DNA of 43,208 bases from Candidatus Azambacteria bacterium (lineage in GTDB: Bacteria > Patescibacteriota > Minisyncoccia > UBA10092). The translations under genes and the position numbers were made by a program. Positions 41,434 through 43,208 of the stretch are shown here, piece after piece; position 1 is the stretch's first letter; each line of letters begins with the position of its first letter. The notes under the pieces are model-generated. The model had not been told where the DNA came from. It made no database searches and was given only the letters and a program-made list of their open reading frames with translations. The stretch is from NCBI GenBank assembly GCA_016213445.1, contig JACRAJ010000002.1, positions 102,780 to 145,987 of the forward strand, read 5' to 3'.

Positions 41434-42141
41434 TTATTTTCTGGCGGCAATTCCCCGCCAACACCAGTGCCAGGGTTCGTATCTTATCCCGCTCCCATTA
41501 TTTCGGGAATAAGACAGATAAAAATTGAAATTATGGGCGTTTTCGGAAAGCCATTTAAACTCCTCTGTCTTTTCGAAAACTTTCAAATCTTCGTTTGAAG
41601 AAGCCACAAAATCAATAGCTTGTTTTCCCGCCGGCCATCCGTGATGTTCGCTGTACCCGGGAAACGCCACTAATTTCACAACTTTCAAAAAATCAAAATC
41701 ATATTTTTTCAGATTGTGCAGGAAAACAATCGCCTGATAGGCCGGCGACCGATAGCCGGATAAAATCAACAGCTTTTTTCCCGTTTCCGCCTCTAAAACT
41801 TTGTTCATTATTTTGAAAGCAAGATAAACAGGCTTCGGTAAATACTGCACCGCTAAAAACTTTCCGTTGCGGCGCTGGTTGATATCAAGCAATCTCTTTG
41901 GCGTTCCTTTGCTGATGTCAAAAAGCTCCATTTTAACCCCGAATTCCTCGGGATCCAGCAACAAAAACTTTTCCATCATCTCAACCTCTTTATTATTGAG
42001 ATGTTGAAAAAGCCTGGAAAAAGAGCAAACTTTCGCTCTTTCTATCTTAAACGCTTTCTCTAAGATAGAACCGACAATTTGGGGATTTTTCAAAAACTCC
42101 CAACTTTTTTTCATTTTTTCCGCCTCCTTTTTATTTTTCAA
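41434..42141 (-). CDS. VanY/M15-family D-alanyl-D-alanine carboxypeptidase
   Basis: The ORF is 235 aa with SGYRSPAYQ, PGYSEHH and YEPWHW zinc-peptidase motifs. Confidence 0.7.
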   Translation of the reverse strand: MKNKKEAEKMKKSWEFLKNPQIVGSILEKAFKIERAKVCSFSRLFQHLNNKEVEMMEKFLLLDPEEFGVKMELFDISKGTPKRLLDINQRRNGKFLAVQYLPKPVYLAFKIMNKVLEAETGKKLLILSGYRSPAYQAIVFLHNLKKYDFDFLKVVKLVAFPGYSEHHGWPAGKQAIDFVASSNEDLKVFEKTEEFKWLSENAHNFNFYLSYSRNNGSGIRYEPWHWCWRGIAARK

Positions 42142-42254
42142 AAATCAAATTTAAAACAACCTAACATACAAATTCGTATTTGTAAAGCCATTTACAAACT
42201 CGCCCCTACTTTCCCAAGGACGAACCTTGGGAAAAATACCGCGGACACAATGAA

Positions 42255-42473
42255 CTACTTTATCTCAACAATCTTTTGGCGCGAAGTATGGCCGACAATA
42301 ATATTCACCGACGACGGCGAAACTCCGAAATGCCGCGCCAGCGCTTTCACAATCGCCGCGTTCGCCAGCCCCCTTACCGGCGGCTCTTTGACGCAAACCT
42401 CGAAACTGTTTTCATCGAGCTTTTTTACATTTTCTTTCTTCGAATTCGGCTTCGCTTTAACAAGGATTTTCAT
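42255..42473 (-). CDS. DUF167 (YggU/UPF0235) family protein
   Basis: The ORF is 72 aa. VKAKPNSKKE...V.VKEPPVRGLANAAIVKALARHFGV is the DUF167 pattern. Confidence 0.7.
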   Translation of the reverse strand: MKILVKAKPNSKKENVKKLDENSFEVCVKEPPVRGLANAAIVKALARHFGVSPSSVNIIVGHTSRQKIVEIK

Positions 42474-42474
42474 T

Positions 42475-42966
42475 TTATTTTCCGCCAGAGGCGGATCCGC
42501 CTTTGGCGGATATCCCTAAAAGTTCAACTTCAAAAATTAAAGTTGCGTCCGGCGGAATGTGGCCCGGAATTCCATTCGACCCGTAAGCCAATTCCGAAGG
42601 AATGGTTAATTTCCGCTTTTCGCCGATTTTCATTCCCTCAACGCCGATATCCCAGCCCGGAATCACCTGCTTGGCGCCCAAAGTGAATTCAAAAGGAATT
42701 CCCCTGTCGATGCTGGAATCGAATTTCGTTCCGTTTTCCAGCGCGCCGACATAATGAACGCTCACCGTATCGCCGGTTTTGGCAACTGCGCCCGTTCCCT
42801 GTTTCAATATTTCTATTTGCACTCCTTCTTTATTCATCGTTTGCGATTGCGCTTCCGGCATTTGCGCCGCCGGCGGCTGTTCCGATTTTTTACCGGCCAG
42901 ATAAAAAATATAAACCAGAGCGGCAATGGCGATTAAAACGGCTAAAATTATGATAGTTGTTTTCAT
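42475..42966 (-). CDS. FKBP-type peptidyl-prolyl cis-trans isomerase, membrane-anchored, with a repeat-derived C-terminal tail
   Basis: The start was moved to [17 protein letters not shown] (signal anchor). The FKBP core runs from [21 protein letters not shown] to [14 protein letters not shown]. The last 14 codons ([13 protein letters not shown]) come from the palindromic element. Confidence 0.85.
   Translation of the reverse strand: MKTTIIILAVLIAIAALVYIFYLAGKKSEQPPAAQMPEAQSQTMNKEGVQIEILKQGTGAVAKTGDTVSVHYVGALENGTKFDSSIDRGIPFEFTLGAKQVIPGWDIGVEGMKIGEKRKLTIPSELAYGSNGIPGHIPPDATLIFEVELLGISAKGGSASGGK
42481..42510. repeat. 30-nt palindromic element (TCCGCCAGAGGCGGA + TCCGCCTTTGGCGGA) forming the 3' end of the FKBP gene
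   Basis: It matches 30766-30795 at 29 of 30 positions and encodes [10 protein letters not shown] on the minus strand. Confidence 0.85.
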
Positions 42967-43134
42967 AATTGAGATTATAACAAAAAAAATACAAAAAATA
43001 AAACTGCCGCTCAGCGAGCATGTTAATAACATCGGAAAAATGGAAAAAATCGCCAAAAAACTGGGAGATTGGATTAACAAGCAATAATTATGATAAACTG
43101 TTATTGTTTACTAATAATCTTTATTTAATAAATT

Positions 43135-43208
43135 ATGAAACTGTTGATTATAGAAGACGAAATGGAGCTGGCCAAAGTTCTTGAGGAAAAATTCCAAAAC
43201 GAAGGCTT
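43135..43208 (+). CDS. Response regulator receiver domain, 5' partial (runs off the window)
   Basis: MKLLIIEDEMELAKVLEEKFQNEG is a typical OmpR/CheY-type N-terminus. Confidence 0.5.
   Translation, partial: MKLLIIEDEMELAKVLEEKFQNEG

Overview
This 43.2-kb window comes from a gene-dense, low-GC bacterial genome using the standard genetic code. Most genes are tightly packed or overlapping on the minus strand. The gene content suggests a Patescibacteria/CPR-like organism, but that is inference only. The pointers are a short SMC, DUF5652- and DUF378-type mini membrane proteins, a cupin-type PGI, phosphoketolase plus acetate kinase, RNase J, and tRNAs without an encoded CCA.

The housekeeping content falls into several blocks:
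- a CCA-type nucleotidyltransferase, tRNA-Ser(GGA), a GGDEF protein, htpX, smc, rnc, nusB and tgt
- a P-type ATPase, DedA and an SDR
- ackA, phosphoketolase, rpsP and groES/groEL
- secG, a family-5 solute-binding protein, cupin PGI, tRNA-Leu(CAG), RNase J and trpS
- a PGM/PMM mutase, ychF, rpsF-ssb-rpsR, recA, a RodZ-like protein and ftsK
- a VanY-like peptidase, DUF167, an FKBP isomerase and the 5' end of a response regulator

Two things stand out.

1. A visibly more AT-rich accessory segment at about 12.8-20.4 kb looks like a composite defence island.
   - A lexA gene with a near-consensus promoter, a palindrome in the spacer and almost no leader sits 1 nt upstream of a PD-(D/E)xK-nuclease/N6-adenine-methyltransferase fusion.
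   - That gene is followed by an uncharacterised 2-TM protein, an HsdS-like specificity subunit and a small CxxC protein. No HsdR is present, so the layout is BcgI/type IIB-like.
   - A separate unit encodes an OLD/ABC-type ATPase with a DUF4435/Toprim-like C-terminus and an overlapping 85-aa partner.
   - The left flank holds three adjacent disrupted genes (all at homopolymer runs) and a candidate promoter-to-terminator small RNA.
2. A family of short GC-rich palindromic elements (core TCCGCC-NNN-GGCGGA and relatives) occurs in intergenic spacers and also in frame inside coding sequences. The hosts are nusB, tgt, an NlpC-like gene and the FKBP C-terminus, plus a different perfect hairpin in smc. 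This resembles Rickettsia palindromic elements.

I saw no rRNA, CRISPR array, transposase or integrase. All protein calls rest on motif recognition by eye. No database search was run.
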